Below, one piece after another: positions 49,826-59,393 of a stretch of 64,000 nucleotides of DNA; the stretch's first letter is position 1; each line of letters begins with the position of its first letter. The DNA comes from an uncultured Verrucomicrobiae bacterium. GTDB taxonomy: Bacteria; Chlamydiota; Chlamydiia; Chlamydiales; Rhabdochlamydiaceae. Where the stretch lies: NCBI GenBank assembly GCA_963813135.1, contig CAWEXY010000021.1:142075-206074 (forward strand), given 5' to 3'. The translations under genes and the position numbers were made by a program. A model generated the notes under the pieces. The model was not told the DNA's origin. It made no database searches and saw nothing but the letters and a program-made list of their open reading frames with translations.

Positions 49826-50832
49826 AAATCAAAGCGAAGATCGAGAGTGAGGCCTTGTAAGATCAGGTCGGCGTTCTGCGTGCCCCCAACATTGGTAAAT
49901 ACTTGATAATGATTAAACCAATCTTGGAATTCATAACCCAATTTCATGGCAAAATGAGAGCGGTTTTTATCGAAATTGAAATCCCATCCAAGTCCCAATA
50001 ACGCTTGCACCATGAAAGCGCCAAAGTTCCGATCTTTCATCGGTATAGAAGTTTTAGTAAAAAACACATCGATGAATTCATCGCGCAGCTCCCAGTGCCC
50101 CCACATGTAGGCGCCTGCAAAATTGCCAATGATGCTGAAAGAGTGTCTATTGACATTTCCAAGAACCCACTTTCCATTCACTCCGCCTTTCGGCCCTGCT
50201 CCCCAAAAGTTATTTTTCACATTCTCTGTAGCAGAATATAAGAAGCCCAAACCGCCAAAATTCGGAGTGGACCATTTTGCCCGAATTTTCTGGTTAATCC
50301 ATCCAGCTTTTACCCCGATGAGAGGCCTCAAAGACAAGTATTTACTGACCAAAAAGCTTCTGCCTAAATCCCAATCGAACATGTTGTATTGGAGATGAAA
50401 GTTCACTTTCCCATTTTGAAACGGCTCTAATAAAGAAAGTCTGGCCGCTAGAAATGCAGATGTGACATCGCCGCTGGCGTGATCCGTTGCGCTTGTTTGG
50501 AACCAGGTATAGGCCAGTTGCGTGTCCCATTGGTCATGATGCATATTGTAGCCAAAGCCCACCCGATACCCAGGGTCCCACCCAAATGATATAATTTTGA
50601 AACGGCTTCGCTCAGAACTCAAACTTGGAGAGAGCGTAAACGCCCAGTCGACGGTTTCGCTGGCATGCCAGTACAGAGCAGCGGCAAACATATCGATATT
50701 CTTATCTTGCGATGCGGGCCGGTCAGAGAGGTTCGGCACTCCTGTATCCATAGAATTGGCGCAGAGGCTTCCACCTATCAGCAACAGCAAGACAACGCGC
50801 AGATAAACATTTCTCATTTTGCTTTCACTCAT
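49822..50832 (-). CDS. Lpg1974/Legionella MOMP-like outer-membrane beta-barrel protein
   Basis: Signal peptide; WDPGYRVG, FDWDLGR, NNFWGAGP, LQGLTLDLRFDF. Confidence 0.82.
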   Translation of the reverse strand: MSESKMRNVYLRVVLLLLIGGSLCANSMDTGVPNLSDRPASQDKNIDMFAAALYWHASETVDWAFTLSPSLSSERSRFKIISFGWDPGYRVGFGYNMHHDQWDTQLAYTWFQTSATDHASGDVTSAFLAARLSLLEPFQNGKVNFHLQYNMFDWDLGRSFLVSKYLSLRPLIGVKAGWINQKIRAKWSTPNFGGLGFLYSATENVKNNFWGAGPKGGVNGKWVLGNVNRHSFSIIGNFAGAYMWGHWELRDEFIDVFFTKTSIPMKDRNFGAFMVQALLGLGWDFNFDKNRSHFAMKLGYEFQDWFNHYQVFTNVGGTQNADLILQGLTLDLRFDF

Positions 50833-51851
50833 TAAAAATCGAACCGACAATTGAGGGTCACACCTTGGAGAGTTAAGTCGCCATGCAACGGCACCAACTG
50901 GGATGTAGCCACTCGGAGCTGGTTCACCCAAAGCTGCATTTCATAACCGATGCGCGCGGCAAAGTGCGATCGATCCTTATTAAAATTAACATCCCATCCC
51001 ACTCCCGCGAACCCCCTGAACATGAGGGCTCCTAGCGTCAACTTTTTGGCGCTCACAGTCACTTTTTCTCCGCTCGACTTGTTGTATACGTCGTGGCAAT
51101 TCCATGTCCCCCACATCGTAGCAGCCGAAAAATCTCCAAAAAGAGAGGGATAGTGCGTGCGAAAATTGCGCACTTTCCACTTCGTGTTCACACCCAAAGC
51201 CGGCCCCACGCCCCAAAAATTATTTTTCACGGTTTCTTTGGAGGAAAGGGTCGTCGGAGCGCTTGCGATAATCAGATGGTTATATTTCACATGAATGGTT
51301 TGATCGATCCATCCACCCTTGATACCAACAAACGGGCGCAGCGAAAGGGCTTTGCTGACCCAATAACAACGGCCTAATTCCCAATCGAACATATTGAAGC
51401 GAATGGTCCAGCGGATGCTTGCACCTGCCGAAAAATCGTCGCTTAGATCTGCAGCAAAAAACTCGGGATGAATTTGTTCGGTGACTAATCCACCAATGAA
51501 CTTCGGAGACAAGTCTTTGGTTTGATGGGCGGTAGTCCGAAACCACGTCCAATATAGTTGCGTATCCCACCCATCGTATTCGAGATTGCAACCAGCGCCC
51601 ACGCGAAACCCAAAATCCCAATCAAACGAAAGATTCTGTGCGCCAAAAGAGCTGGTATTATCCCCTATTTTAATAATGTCGGCCCAGACCGATGAAGCTT
51701 GCTGCGAGGCATGCCAAGCAAAAGCGTCAGCAAATAGATCCCATTTCCCCGAGGTGCGCGAAGAAACATTCGGCTGGCCGCGTGCATCTGCCGCATCTAA
51801 TCGAATGAGCACGAGCAGCAGCGCAGCTAAGTAGAAAAGCCGATGCAACAA
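50832..51851 (-). CDS. Lpg1974/MOMP-like outer-membrane protein, paralog 2
   Basis: Same motifs, ends LQGVTLNCRFDF; TTG start inferred. Confidence 0.82.
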   Translation of the reverse strand: MLHRLFYLAALLLVLIRLDAADARGQPNVSSRTSGKWDLFADAFAWHASQQASSVWADIIKIGDNTSSFGAQNLSFDWDFGFRVGAGCNLEYDGWDTQLYWTWFRTTAHQTKDLSPKFIGGLVTEQIHPEFFAADLSDDFSAGASIRWTIRFNMFDWELGRCYWVSKALSLRPFVGIKGGWIDQTIHVKYNHLIIASAPTTLSSKETVKNNFWGVGPALGVNTKWKVRNFRTHYPSLFGDFSAATMWGTWNCHDVYNKSSGEKVTVSAKKLTLGALMFRGFAGVGWDVNFNKDRSHFAARIGYEMQLWVNQLRVATSQLVPLHGDLTLQGVTLNCRFDF

Positions 51852-51852
51852 A

Positions 51853-52911
51853 TTAAAAATCAAAGCAGAACTCAAGAGTTCCTCCTTGCAATGTCAATTC
51901 GTTGCTTAAGCGGCCCGTATCGAATGAATAAAATTGGAGCTGATCCAACCAAAACTGCATTTCATATCCCAACTTCGTGGAAAAATGGTATCGATTCTGA
52001 TCAAAATCCCATCCTAGTCCCATAAATGTCCTCAGCATCGTCGCTGCGCTTTTGATAGAGGATGTGTCGATCGTCACTTTTTGCTGAGCATCATTTTTAT
52101 AGACATCTCCAAAAGTCCAATGACCCCACATGATCGCCCCTGAAACATCCCCAAAAAGGCTGAAGGAATGGTTCTGGCGCACGAGCAGATTCCATTTCGT
52201 GTTGAGACCAGCGGAGGGGCCAATGCCCCAAAAATTGTTCTTAAGATTTTCGGTTGCCTTGGTAAAAATTGCATCGCCCGCTTTAAGCTTTGGATTGTGC
52301 CATTTGGTGTCGATCGACTGATGGATCCATCCTCCCTTTAGACCTATGAAAGGGCGAAGAGAAAGCGCTTGACTGACCCAAAAAGCGCGGCCCAACTCCC
52401 AATCAAAAATATTAAAGCGGATCGTCCAGCGCATGCTTGCCTTCTGGTAAGCGATACCAGAGATGCCAGCGCCATCCGGATTATCGACATAAAAGTTCCC
52501 CGTAAAAGCAGAAAAGACCGAACCGGGGTTGCTAGAAACATGATCGGTCCCCCTCGTGCGGAACCAAGTATAATAGAACTGCGTATCAAACTGGTCATGC
52601 CTCATGCCATAACCAATGCCCACACGAAAACCGGCGTTCCAACCAAAGTCGACGCCTTCTATATCGCATGTCTCTTTAGAGCCCTTGGCGTTAATCACCT
52701 CGGCCCAGTTATCAGAGCCGCTTTCTTTCGCGCACCAAACAAGAAGATCAGCGAATGCCGTAAAACTCGTAGAATCGGGGTGAAATCGAGCCGACGTATT
52801 GGGCAGTCCATTGACATTTTGTACTTGGCTCTTATTTTCTTCGGCAGCAAGATCCGCTGCTTGCACATTCGACAAAACAGTGAACATTCCTAACAAAAAA
52901 CCGATTCGCAA
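51853..52911 (-). CDS. Lpg1974/MOMP-like outer-membrane protein, paralog 3
   Basis: Same motifs, ends LQGGTLEFCFDF. Confidence 0.82.
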   Translation of the reverse strand: MRIGFLLGMFTVLSNVQAADLAAEENKSQVQNVNGLPNTSARFHPDSTSFTAFADLLVWCAKESGSDNWAEVINAKGSKETCDIEGVDFGWNAGFRVGIGYGMRHDQFDTQFYYTWFRTRGTDHVSSNPGSVFSAFTGNFYVDNPDGAGISGIAYQKASMRWTIRFNIFDWELGRAFWVSQALSLRPFIGLKGGWIHQSIDTKWHNPKLKAGDAIFTKATENLKNNFWGIGPSAGLNTKWNLLVRQNHSFSLFGDVSGAIMWGHWTFGDVYKNDAQQKVTIDTSSIKSAATMLRTFMGLGWDFDQNRYHFSTKLGYEMQFWLDQLQFYSFDTGRLSNELTLQGGTLEFCFDF

Positions 52912-52994
52912 GTGCCAATCCTCCGTAATGGAACCTGCTATAATCGTGAAAATTTTAAATTTATGTCAATTCTATATTTTCGCGGAAAATGGAT

Positions 52995-53237
52995 TCAAAA
53001 AGCTATCAGAAGGGGATCTTGTTTTTCAGGAATACTCAGCCCCAGCATTTGATAAAGCAGTTTATTGGGATAGAGGGACAACGTCTTTAGAGCAATCCCA
53101 CACGCCGGGCTTTTTACGACCCTTGCATTACCCTCTTGCCCAAAAAGTTTTTTCTGATCTTCGACGTACTTGATAATGGCCGTTTTTTCATAGGTATAAC
53201 CATCTTCCAACAATATCCAGGGATGCTGGAACGGCAT
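52995..53237 (-). CDS. Stand-alone or truncated U-box domain protein
   Basis: HPWILLEDGYTYEKTAI...SPACGIAL...LYPNKLL fits U-box P-x-DGxTYERxAI...SP...L.PN. Confidence 0.6.
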   Translation of the reverse strand: MPFQHPWILLEDGYTYEKTAIIKYVEDQKKLFGQEGNARVVKSPACGIALKTLSLYPNKLLYQMLGLSIPEKQDPLLIAF

Positions 53238-53244
53238 TTGAGTA

Positions 53245-53290
53245 TTGCGCAACAAATACTTGCGCAATAAATGCAAAAAGTTGCGCAATA
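53245..53290. promoter_or_regulatory. Triple TTGCGCAA palindrome (operator-like)
   Basis: Copies at 53245, 53260 and 53281; equivalent array at 54877-54919. Confidence 0.6.
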
Positions 53291-53666
53291 AACCCACAAT
53301 TTAATTAACTTATTAAATTTCAGTTGCTTATATATCTGGTTGTTTTCGTGCGTAATAGAACATTATTTCTCATATCGAGCATTAATAATGCTCGTTTCCG
53401 GCTCGCAAGATATAGGCATGCCGGAAGATAACTCCAACCAGGGGAACCTCATCGCAACTCTACAAACTGTCAAGGTCAAGGTCCGTTTGGAAGGGCCCAC
53501 CGGCACTCTTACTGTGACCGTATCTAGCAGGAACAGGAACCAATGGAATCACTTACCTTTCGCTCAATGCAACCGTGACTGCAAAGTAAGTGTATCATCA
53601 CGTTGATTGCCGTAAACACAAAAGTTTAGTAAGTTGTTGTCCTCGACTAGAGATAGGAGCAAGCAA

Positions 53667-54476
53667 ATGCAACATGGAATAGGTTTGATAACCCGCGCTT
53701 TCTTTTTCCTTTCTGTTTTCCTTCTGCTGAATTTACAAGCGGATGGGCCGCGGGAAGATAGAGAGATAAAACTTCTGGTATTGATTACTGCATCTGACGA
53801 TCTTCCCGTGTATGAAAAAGAGCAACAAATATGGAGATCCTACATGCATTTGGATCCTTTGCATATCCAAGCTTTTTTCATGAAAGCAAACCCCGATTTG
53901 CCTTCTGCTTGCGAAATTCAAGGTGATATTATTTGGTGTAGAACAGCTGATACTTTGCTTCCGGGAGTATTAATCAAAACAATTTCATCTCTCGAATTGC
54001 TTTCTTCGGGAATAAATGGATTTGATTTTGATTATGTATTGAGAACTAATTTGTCTTCATTTTATTTTTTCCCTCTGTTATTGGAATTTCTAAAAACTCT
54101 TCCCAAAAGTGGGTGCTATTGTGCTCGCCCGGGTCAACTAGGACATGATGGAAAAGGGGAAATTAATTTTGGCTCCGGAGCAGGCTTTATTTTATCAAAA
54201 GACTTAGCACAAATGTTAGTGCAAGCAAAATCTGAACTTTTGGTCAGTAATGAATATGATGATGTGACGATTGGCGCTTTCTTTCATAGTAATAATATAG
54301 GTTTAATTCCTGCCGAAAATATCGAATTTAATTCCCTAGACTTGTGGCTAGACGCTAAAGATCGTATTCCGGTGGATATATTCCATTTTAGATGCAAAAA
54401 TAATAATCCAGATTTGCGCATAAGCCATGAAGTTTATATTCTCGATGAATTATTGAATCGATTTTATCCTCGTTAA
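53667..54476 (+). CDS. GT31/galactosyltransferase-like protein
   Basis: N-terminal anchor, FDYVLRTNLSS, FGSGAGFILSKD, DDVTIG. Confidence 0.65.
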   Translation: MQHGIGLITRAFFFLSVFLLLNLQADGPREDREIKLLVLITASDDLPVYEKEQQIWRSYMHLDPLHIQAFFMKANPDLPSACEIQGDIIWCRTADTLLPGVLIKTISSLELLSSGINGFDFDYVLRTNLSSFYFFPLLLEFLKTLPKSGCYCARPGQLGHDGKGEINFGSGAGFILSKDLAQMLVQAKSELLVSNEYDDVTIGAFFHSNNIGLIPAENIEFNSLDLWLDAKDRIPVDIFHFRCKNNNPDLRISHEVYILDELLNRFYPR

Positions 54477-54863
54477 ATCAAATAATTTTTTCCTCAATGA
54501 CTCTGAAAGATATTGCGTCTTATTAGGACGATATTGATCGAGCAATTCACGCGAATAACTCACAGGAATTCGGTCCTGAACTGGACGACTCACGACTAGA
54601 TTAATGGACTGAGCAACAGTTGATAAAGACAATTGCTCAGCCTCTCTTATTTTTACATGGGCAGGAAGGCGAAATCTGCGGCCTTTGGTTCTTCCTTCGG
54701 CAACCAGACGCCCGCTTTTTACAAGAGAAGCCAAGCGATACTGCAAGGTTCGTCGGGGAAGAGGTGGATCTAACCCTACGAGAATCTCCTCTATAGATGC
54801 ACCGCCTGGAAATCTACCAATGATTTCTAAAATGAGATCAATCTGTAAAACTCGTCTTGACAT
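54450..54863 (-). pseudogene. N-terminal wHTH fragment of a Fic-family protein, truncated
   Basis: GASIEEI...RRTLQYRLASLVKSGRLVAEG...PVSYSRELLDQYRPNKTQYL; ends abruptly against the GT gene, no Fic motif. Confidence 0.65.
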
Positions 54864-54876
54864 GCACCATGGCATA

Positions 54877-54919
54877 TTGCGCAACATATACTTGCGCAAT
54901 AAACACAAAAGTTGCGCGA
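54877..54919. promoter_or_regulatory. Triple TTGCGC(A/G)A array upstream of the wHTH fragment
   Basis: Copies at 54877, 54892 and 54912. Confidence 0.6.
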
Positions 54920-55090
54920 TAAATGGGTTTTTTATCTTAAGCATCTGAATTTAAGCTGGTTGACGAAAAGTCCTAAATTAGCTTGCAATCGAAAATTTCG
55001 CCAATTAAGCCTCAAAGCACGTCTAATTGGCGAAATAATCCACCCAGTATATTTATAACTTATTAGAAATCAGCAAATTGTGTTTTTGAA

Positions 55091-55201
55091 CGATTGCCAT
55101 GCCGCAATCCCATCCCTTTAGGGGTGGGTTAGGCAGGCCTGTAGTTGGTCTATTCCTTAAATCCTCGAAGAATCCCTTCCATTTATGGGAGGGTTCTTCA
55201 A
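55091..55201 (+). mobile_element. 111-bp IS200/IS605-type element, copy 2
   Basis: Identical to 3165..3275, again directly after TTGAA. Confidence 0.85.
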
Positions 55202-55358
55202 AATTTTTCGAGATACGTCGGGTGATTGAGCCTACAAAGAGCTTCAGCAAGCCCGGAAGATGACCCGGAAGCAACCCGGAAGTCAAGAGCTTCCGGGTTT
55301 AGACATCTGTAAGTTAGAGCTCGCTGTTCTCAGCCTTTAAGAAAAACCATAATTTGAT

Positions 55359-56549
55359 CTAACCTTTGCGTTTCTCCTCAGGGATGGCACGAATCATGAA
55401 TTCATCAAACAGGGGCACGGTAAATGCCATGTCTCCGTGTGATGGGCTATAAATCATTCCCTTTCTAATGAGCTGGGCTCGCATCGGCCCAAGACTAGCA
55501 ATTTTGATACCCAATGCATTCGCAATATCCGCAGTCCGATGAGGGCCAGGGCCTAATTGGGCCATTACTCTTAAAAACTTTTTCTCGCCAGGTGTAAGCC
55601 GATCAAAACGAACTCTAAAAAAACTGCCATCAAGCCGAATAATAGCTTGAGTTGTAGCTGCTTGAATCATCGCTAGAGTGATCGATTTTTTGGAAGCCAA
55701 ATTCCAAATTTGGTATCCCCATTCCTGAAGAAAATATGGATATCCCTTTGTCAGGCGAAATATTTCCTCCAACGCCGAAGGCTCGAAAATAATCCCTGCG
55801 TTTTGAGTCGGTTCTCGCAATGCTTTTGCTGCATCTTCTTCCGATAACTCACCAATATTCGGAAAATCAAACAGCCTCTCAGCATATGACTTTGATTCGC
55901 CAGCTAATTCAGGAAGTATTGGAAGTCCAGCTCCCAAAAGTACTATGGGCAGCTGATTTTGTTGAATCTTATGCATGGCCATAATTAATGCGCCCAATTC
56001 TTTCTTACTAAGATACTGAATTTCATCAATTAGAATCGCGATTGAACACTTTCGATCTTCAGCAGCTTCACCAATAGCAACAAATAGATTGGGCAAATCT
56101 ACTTCCAAATCGCCACTGTCAGCAGATCCACTTTCTGGCTCGATTTCAAAACCGACTGTAATGTTATCAACAGTAATCCGTAAAGAACCAACAAAACTCT
56201 TAAAAACAGCCCAGGACCGTTTAACTTTATCGCTTACCCCCGCGATGCGATTCAAAGCAAAAAGAAGAGTTCTCAGATGAGGAATAAGCATTGGACCTAA
56301 TTCTTTATCTTCATGGGCCTCGATAAATATTATTTGGTACCCATCTTTTTCTGCTAATCGCTTGATTTCATTAAGTAATACAGTTTTACCCACTCCGCGT
56401 AACCCCGTGAGCAACAAGCTCTTTTCAGGTCGCTTTTGCTTTATTCGACCGAGAAGAATGCGAGCTTGTTCAAGAACACGACCTCGTCCTACAAGCTCTG
56501 GGGGTCTAGAACCAGCTCCAGGTGAAAAGGGATTATTGATAGGATCCAT
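55359..56549 (-). CDS. AAA+/STAND-like ATPase with C-terminal wHTH
   Basis: NPFSPGAG, GLRGVGKT, ILIDEIQ, TKGYPYFLQ, FTVPLF. Confidence 0.88.
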   Translation of the reverse strand: MDPINNPFSPGAGSRPPELVGRGRVLEQARILLGRIKQKRPEKSLLLTGLRGVGKTVLLNEIKRLAEKDGYQIIFIEAHEDKELGPMLIPHLRTLLFALNRIAGVSDKVKRSWAVFKSFVGSLRITVDNITVGFEIEPESGSADSGDLEVDLPNLFVAIGEAAEDRKCSIAILIDEIQYLSKKELGALIMAMHKIQQNQLPIVLLGAGLPILPELAGESKSYAERLFDFPNIGELSEEDAAKALREPTQNAGIIFEPSALEEIFRLTKGYPYFLQEWGYQIWNLASKKSITLAMIQAATTQAIIRLDGSFFRVRFDRLTPGEKKFLRVMAQLGPGPHRTADIANALGIKIASLGPMRAQLIRKGMIYSPSHGDMAFTVPLFDEFMIRAIPEEKRKG

Positions 56550-56550
56550 A

Positions 56551-56600
56551 GCTTTTATACCAATTTATAGCTATTTATAGTGGCTTATAGCTATTTATAG
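56551..56600. repeat. Five 10-bp-period TTATA(G/C) repeats upstream of the ATPase
   Basis: GCTTTTATAC CAATTTATAG CTATTTATAG TGGCTTATAG CTATTTATAG. Confidence 0.8.
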
Positions 56601-56776
56601 CAATTCAATTTTTTGAACTTAGGTAAAGATCTCGATTTTTTCTAGAAATTCTTGGTGGTTGTGGACGACCCCTGTCAAGTTCAGGAAATGTGCAATTACG
56701 GCAATATTACGGCATTTTGGACGAACTACTTCGAATCCGCCTCCTGCCCTCTCCTGTTATATTTTGCCGCTTGACT

Positions 56777-57334
56777 TCAGCGCGATTCGAGAACTGGAGT
56801 TACAACCCATTTATTAAACATGCGAGCAACCGAAGGATTGTCTGTAAGCAATTCGTTTTTGTTTCTGGTTATCCACCTCAATTCTTTCGATTCGGAATTT
56901 CCAAAAACCTCTTCATCGCTTGTGATTTGCAACAAGAATCTTACATCGTAGTGATAATGAGCTTTTTGGCTTTTGTTTTCCGGAATAAGATGAATATCGA
57001 TATCGAAGATATCTTCGAATACGGGATGAATTTGAGCTACTCCTGACTCTTCGCGCGCTTCTTTAAGAGCAACCTCTAAAACATCGTGATTCCCATCGCA
57101 ATGTCCGCCGGGCTGAAACCATTCATTGAGCTTTGCATGATGCATAAGAAGCGCCTTCGACCCGTCCTTGTTTAGCAGCCATGCTGATGCGGTGACATGT
57201 CCTATTTCCAAGGATCTTTCAAAACAAGCCTCATTATCATTTATGAACTTGATCATCTGGGTCTTAAACACAATCTCTTCCTCCGTTGGCGCGCAGTAAT
57301 TGTGCAACAGATTAACAAGCTTGTTTCTTTTCAT
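56777..57334 (-). CDS. NUDIX hydrolase
   Basis: GHVTASA, Nudix box GGHCDG..ALKEAREESG, HYDVRF. Confidence 0.92.
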   Translation of the reverse strand: MKRNKLVNLLHNYCAPTEEEIVFKTQMIKFINDNEACFERSLEIGHVTASAWLLNKDGSKALLMHHAKLNEWFQPGGHCDGNHDVLEVALKEAREESGVAQIHPVFEDIFDIDIHLIPENKSQKAHYHYDVRFLLQITSDEEVFGNSESKELRWITRNKNELLTDNPSVARMFNKWVVTPVLESR

Positions 57335-57540
57335 TCGGCATCCTTTCCTAGTTTTGCCCGATTTTTTACGCTGAATGCATTATGCAAAATTTTTATGTTT
57401 TTGAAAACTTTAATACATTGAGTCAGAAAAAGAGAAACAAATCTAATAAAAATCTCAAGAGAGGAGCGAGTTGAAGACTTAATTGGCGAAACAATTCAAC
57501 GAGATTATTTACTATTTGCTAGAAATCAGCAAAATAAAAT

Positions 57541-57558
57541 TTGGCCAGAACTGGAATC
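57541..57558 (-). repeat. Second short copy of the tRNA-Phe 3' end
   Basis: TTGGCCAGAACTGGAATC identical to 57675-57692. Confidence 0.85.
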
Positions 57559-57675
57559 CTTGTCTGCGCCTGGGCCGTCGTCCCGAAAGCCGGTTCGCCC
57601 GCAAGCGGGCTTCACTTCGATTCTCAGACGGAAGCCAAACTATTGGCTTCCTTTCGTCCAATTTATTTTATAAAT

Positions 57676-57722
57676 TGGCCAGAACTGGAATCGAACCAGC
57701 GACACAAGGATTTTCAGTCCTC
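57676..57722 (-). other. tRNA-Phe(GAA) 3' fragment = att site
   Basis: GAGGA-CTGAAAA-TCCTT-GTGTC-GCTGGTTCGATTCCAGT-TCTGGCCA; D-arm and 5' acceptor strand missing. Confidence 0.88.
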
Positions 57723-57969
57723 ACAAAACACTTCCGTCCAGTTCCTTAAATGGCCTTAAATCAACCAATATCGCCAAAGTATATAGTGAGTGAAAGTTTT
57801 ATTGCTAGAAGCTTTCGACAGCCAAGATCAATCTCTTTCAAGGTCAGGCAAGTAGCAGCTACGGCTATATTACGGCACTTGCTACTACGGAAATGGGAAA
57901 AATTTCAATACCCCTTGTGCACATGACAACCAGAGTGTAAACTAAGGATTAATCGTAGGAGATAAGGAA

Positions 57970-58764
57970 ATGAAGCAAAAACTATCTAACGCTCCGGTTT
58001 ACTATGTGTTGGCTCAAGCGCAGTTCAATCCGATTGCCGCTATGGTAGACTATATCAATCAAATACAAGACAAACTACGCCAAGCGGGTTATACTTTATT
58101 TGAACTTCAGAAAATCACTCAACTTCGCTTTGAAACAACTGCATCCTCTCCTGCCAAAGCTGAAATGATAGACCTCCCAGTATGGTGCATTAAAAAACCT
58201 GACCAAACTGCTGGATTCACGTTGGGCCAGTCTTCTATAACTTACCAGACGACCCATTATCAAACCCACGAGCAATTGTTTGCCGAACTTTTATTTGGCT
58301 TGAAAATAGTTCATTCGATTATTCAACTTGAACATTTAAGTAGGCTTGGGTTACGCTATCTAAACGCCGTTCTACCTTTAAAAGGAGAGACGATCCATCA
58401 ATATTTGGTTGATGGACTACGAGGTGTTAGTTTAGGTGTAAAACCTCGTTATATTTTGAATGAATCTGTATTTGATACGAATGAACTATCCCCTCACAAA
58501 GGAACCTTAGTCAACCGAATTCACACTAGAACTGCGTTGTTGGGCCATCCTCCTGATATAATGCCAATTGGATTGTCTTTGAAGTCACAATTTATAAACG
58601 ACAAGGCCATTTCACATGCAGTGATCGACTTAGATCACTTTATTGATGGTCAAATGCCACTAGATTTTGAAATAATCGAAACTCAATTAGTGGGGTTGCA
58701 TAAATATATAAAAGAAGCATTTCAAGCGACTATTACCAACCATGCTAAAAAAATTTGGGATTAA
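57970..58764 (+). CDS. TIGR04255-like protein
   Basis: KLSNAPVYYVLAQAQFNP, TTHY, RLGLRYLN and IDLDHF patterns recalled for this family. Confidence 0.75.
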   Translation: MKQKLSNAPVYYVLAQAQFNPIAAMVDYINQIQDKLRQAGYTLFELQKITQLRFETTASSPAKAEMIDLPVWCIKKPDQTAGFTLGQSSITYQTTHYQTHEQLFAELLFGLKIVHSIIQLEHLSRLGLRYLNAVLPLKGETIHQYLVDGLRGVSLGVKPRYILNESVFDTNELSPHKGTLVNRIHTRTALLGHPPDIMPIGLSLKSQFINDKAISHAVIDLDHFIDGQMPLDFEIIETQLVGLHKYIKEAFQATITNHAKKIWD

Positions 58765-58788
58765 TTATTTAGGGGAAAACCATTATCA

Positions 58789-59382
58789 ATGGATACTATG
58801 GTAAATACAAAATCTAACCAACTTACGCTATCAACAATTTGTTTTCTGCTAACCGGTACAGGAAGCATCTATTCTCTTGATTCTGTCCAAAGTTGGCAAC
58901 CGCTTGTGAACCCGCGTGTTTCTCTTATTTTCTTTAACAGCCCTCGAAAACAAATTGATGTTCGCGAACCTATCGAACATCTTGAAAATGTCCGCGCAAT
59001 TTTAAATCCACCTATCGCTATGCAGGCCAATTTATTTGGTGTGTCTCGACAATCTATTTATAAATGGCTCGCGCAAACTGCATCTCCAGAACCAGACAAA
59101 CTTGAGCGCATTGTTAAGCTCAGCAAAATTGCCGATGCCTTTAAACTTGCAGGCATACATAGAGCTGGAAACTTACTCCACATGAAACTTTTCGATGGGC
59201 AATCGTTACTCGACCTCTTTAAAAAGGGGGAGCCTTATGATAGCCAGGTTAAAGAGCTTATTAAAGAAGCACAGATTATGGAAGCCGCCTATCAAAGATC
59301 AGGACTTGCACAATCAAATGCTAAGCCCAGCAATGATTGGCTATCTTCTGTGTCTATCCCTGCTTATCGTGAAGAAAATTAG
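58789..59382 (+). CDS. HTH-containing protein (putative antitoxin/regulator)
   Basis: ANLFGVSRQSIYKWL helix-turn-helix; hydrophobic N-terminal CFLLTGTG. Confidence 0.7.
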   Translation: MDTMVNTKSNQLTLSTICFLLTGTGSIYSLDSVQSWQPLVNPRVSLIFFNSPRKQIDVREPIEHLENVRAILNPPIAMQANLFGVSRQSIYKWLAQTASPEPDKLERIVKLSKIADAFKLAGIHRAGNLLHMKLFDGQSLLDLFKKGEPYDSQVKELIKEAQIMEAAYQRSGLAQSNAKPSNDWLSSVSIPAYREEN

Positions 59383-59393
59383 AGGAAGATTAA

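Noticed and set aside
53340..53606. 88-aa ORF
   Set aside because: No SD sequence, motif or recognisable family; cannot be supported
56729..56750. TTCGAATCCGCCTCCTGCC as a tRNA gene
   Set aside because: No matching 5' T-stem or remainder of a cloverleaf; at most a decayed att core
57676..57722. Functional tRNA-Phe
   Set aside because: No D-arm or 5' acceptor strand; treated as an att remnant
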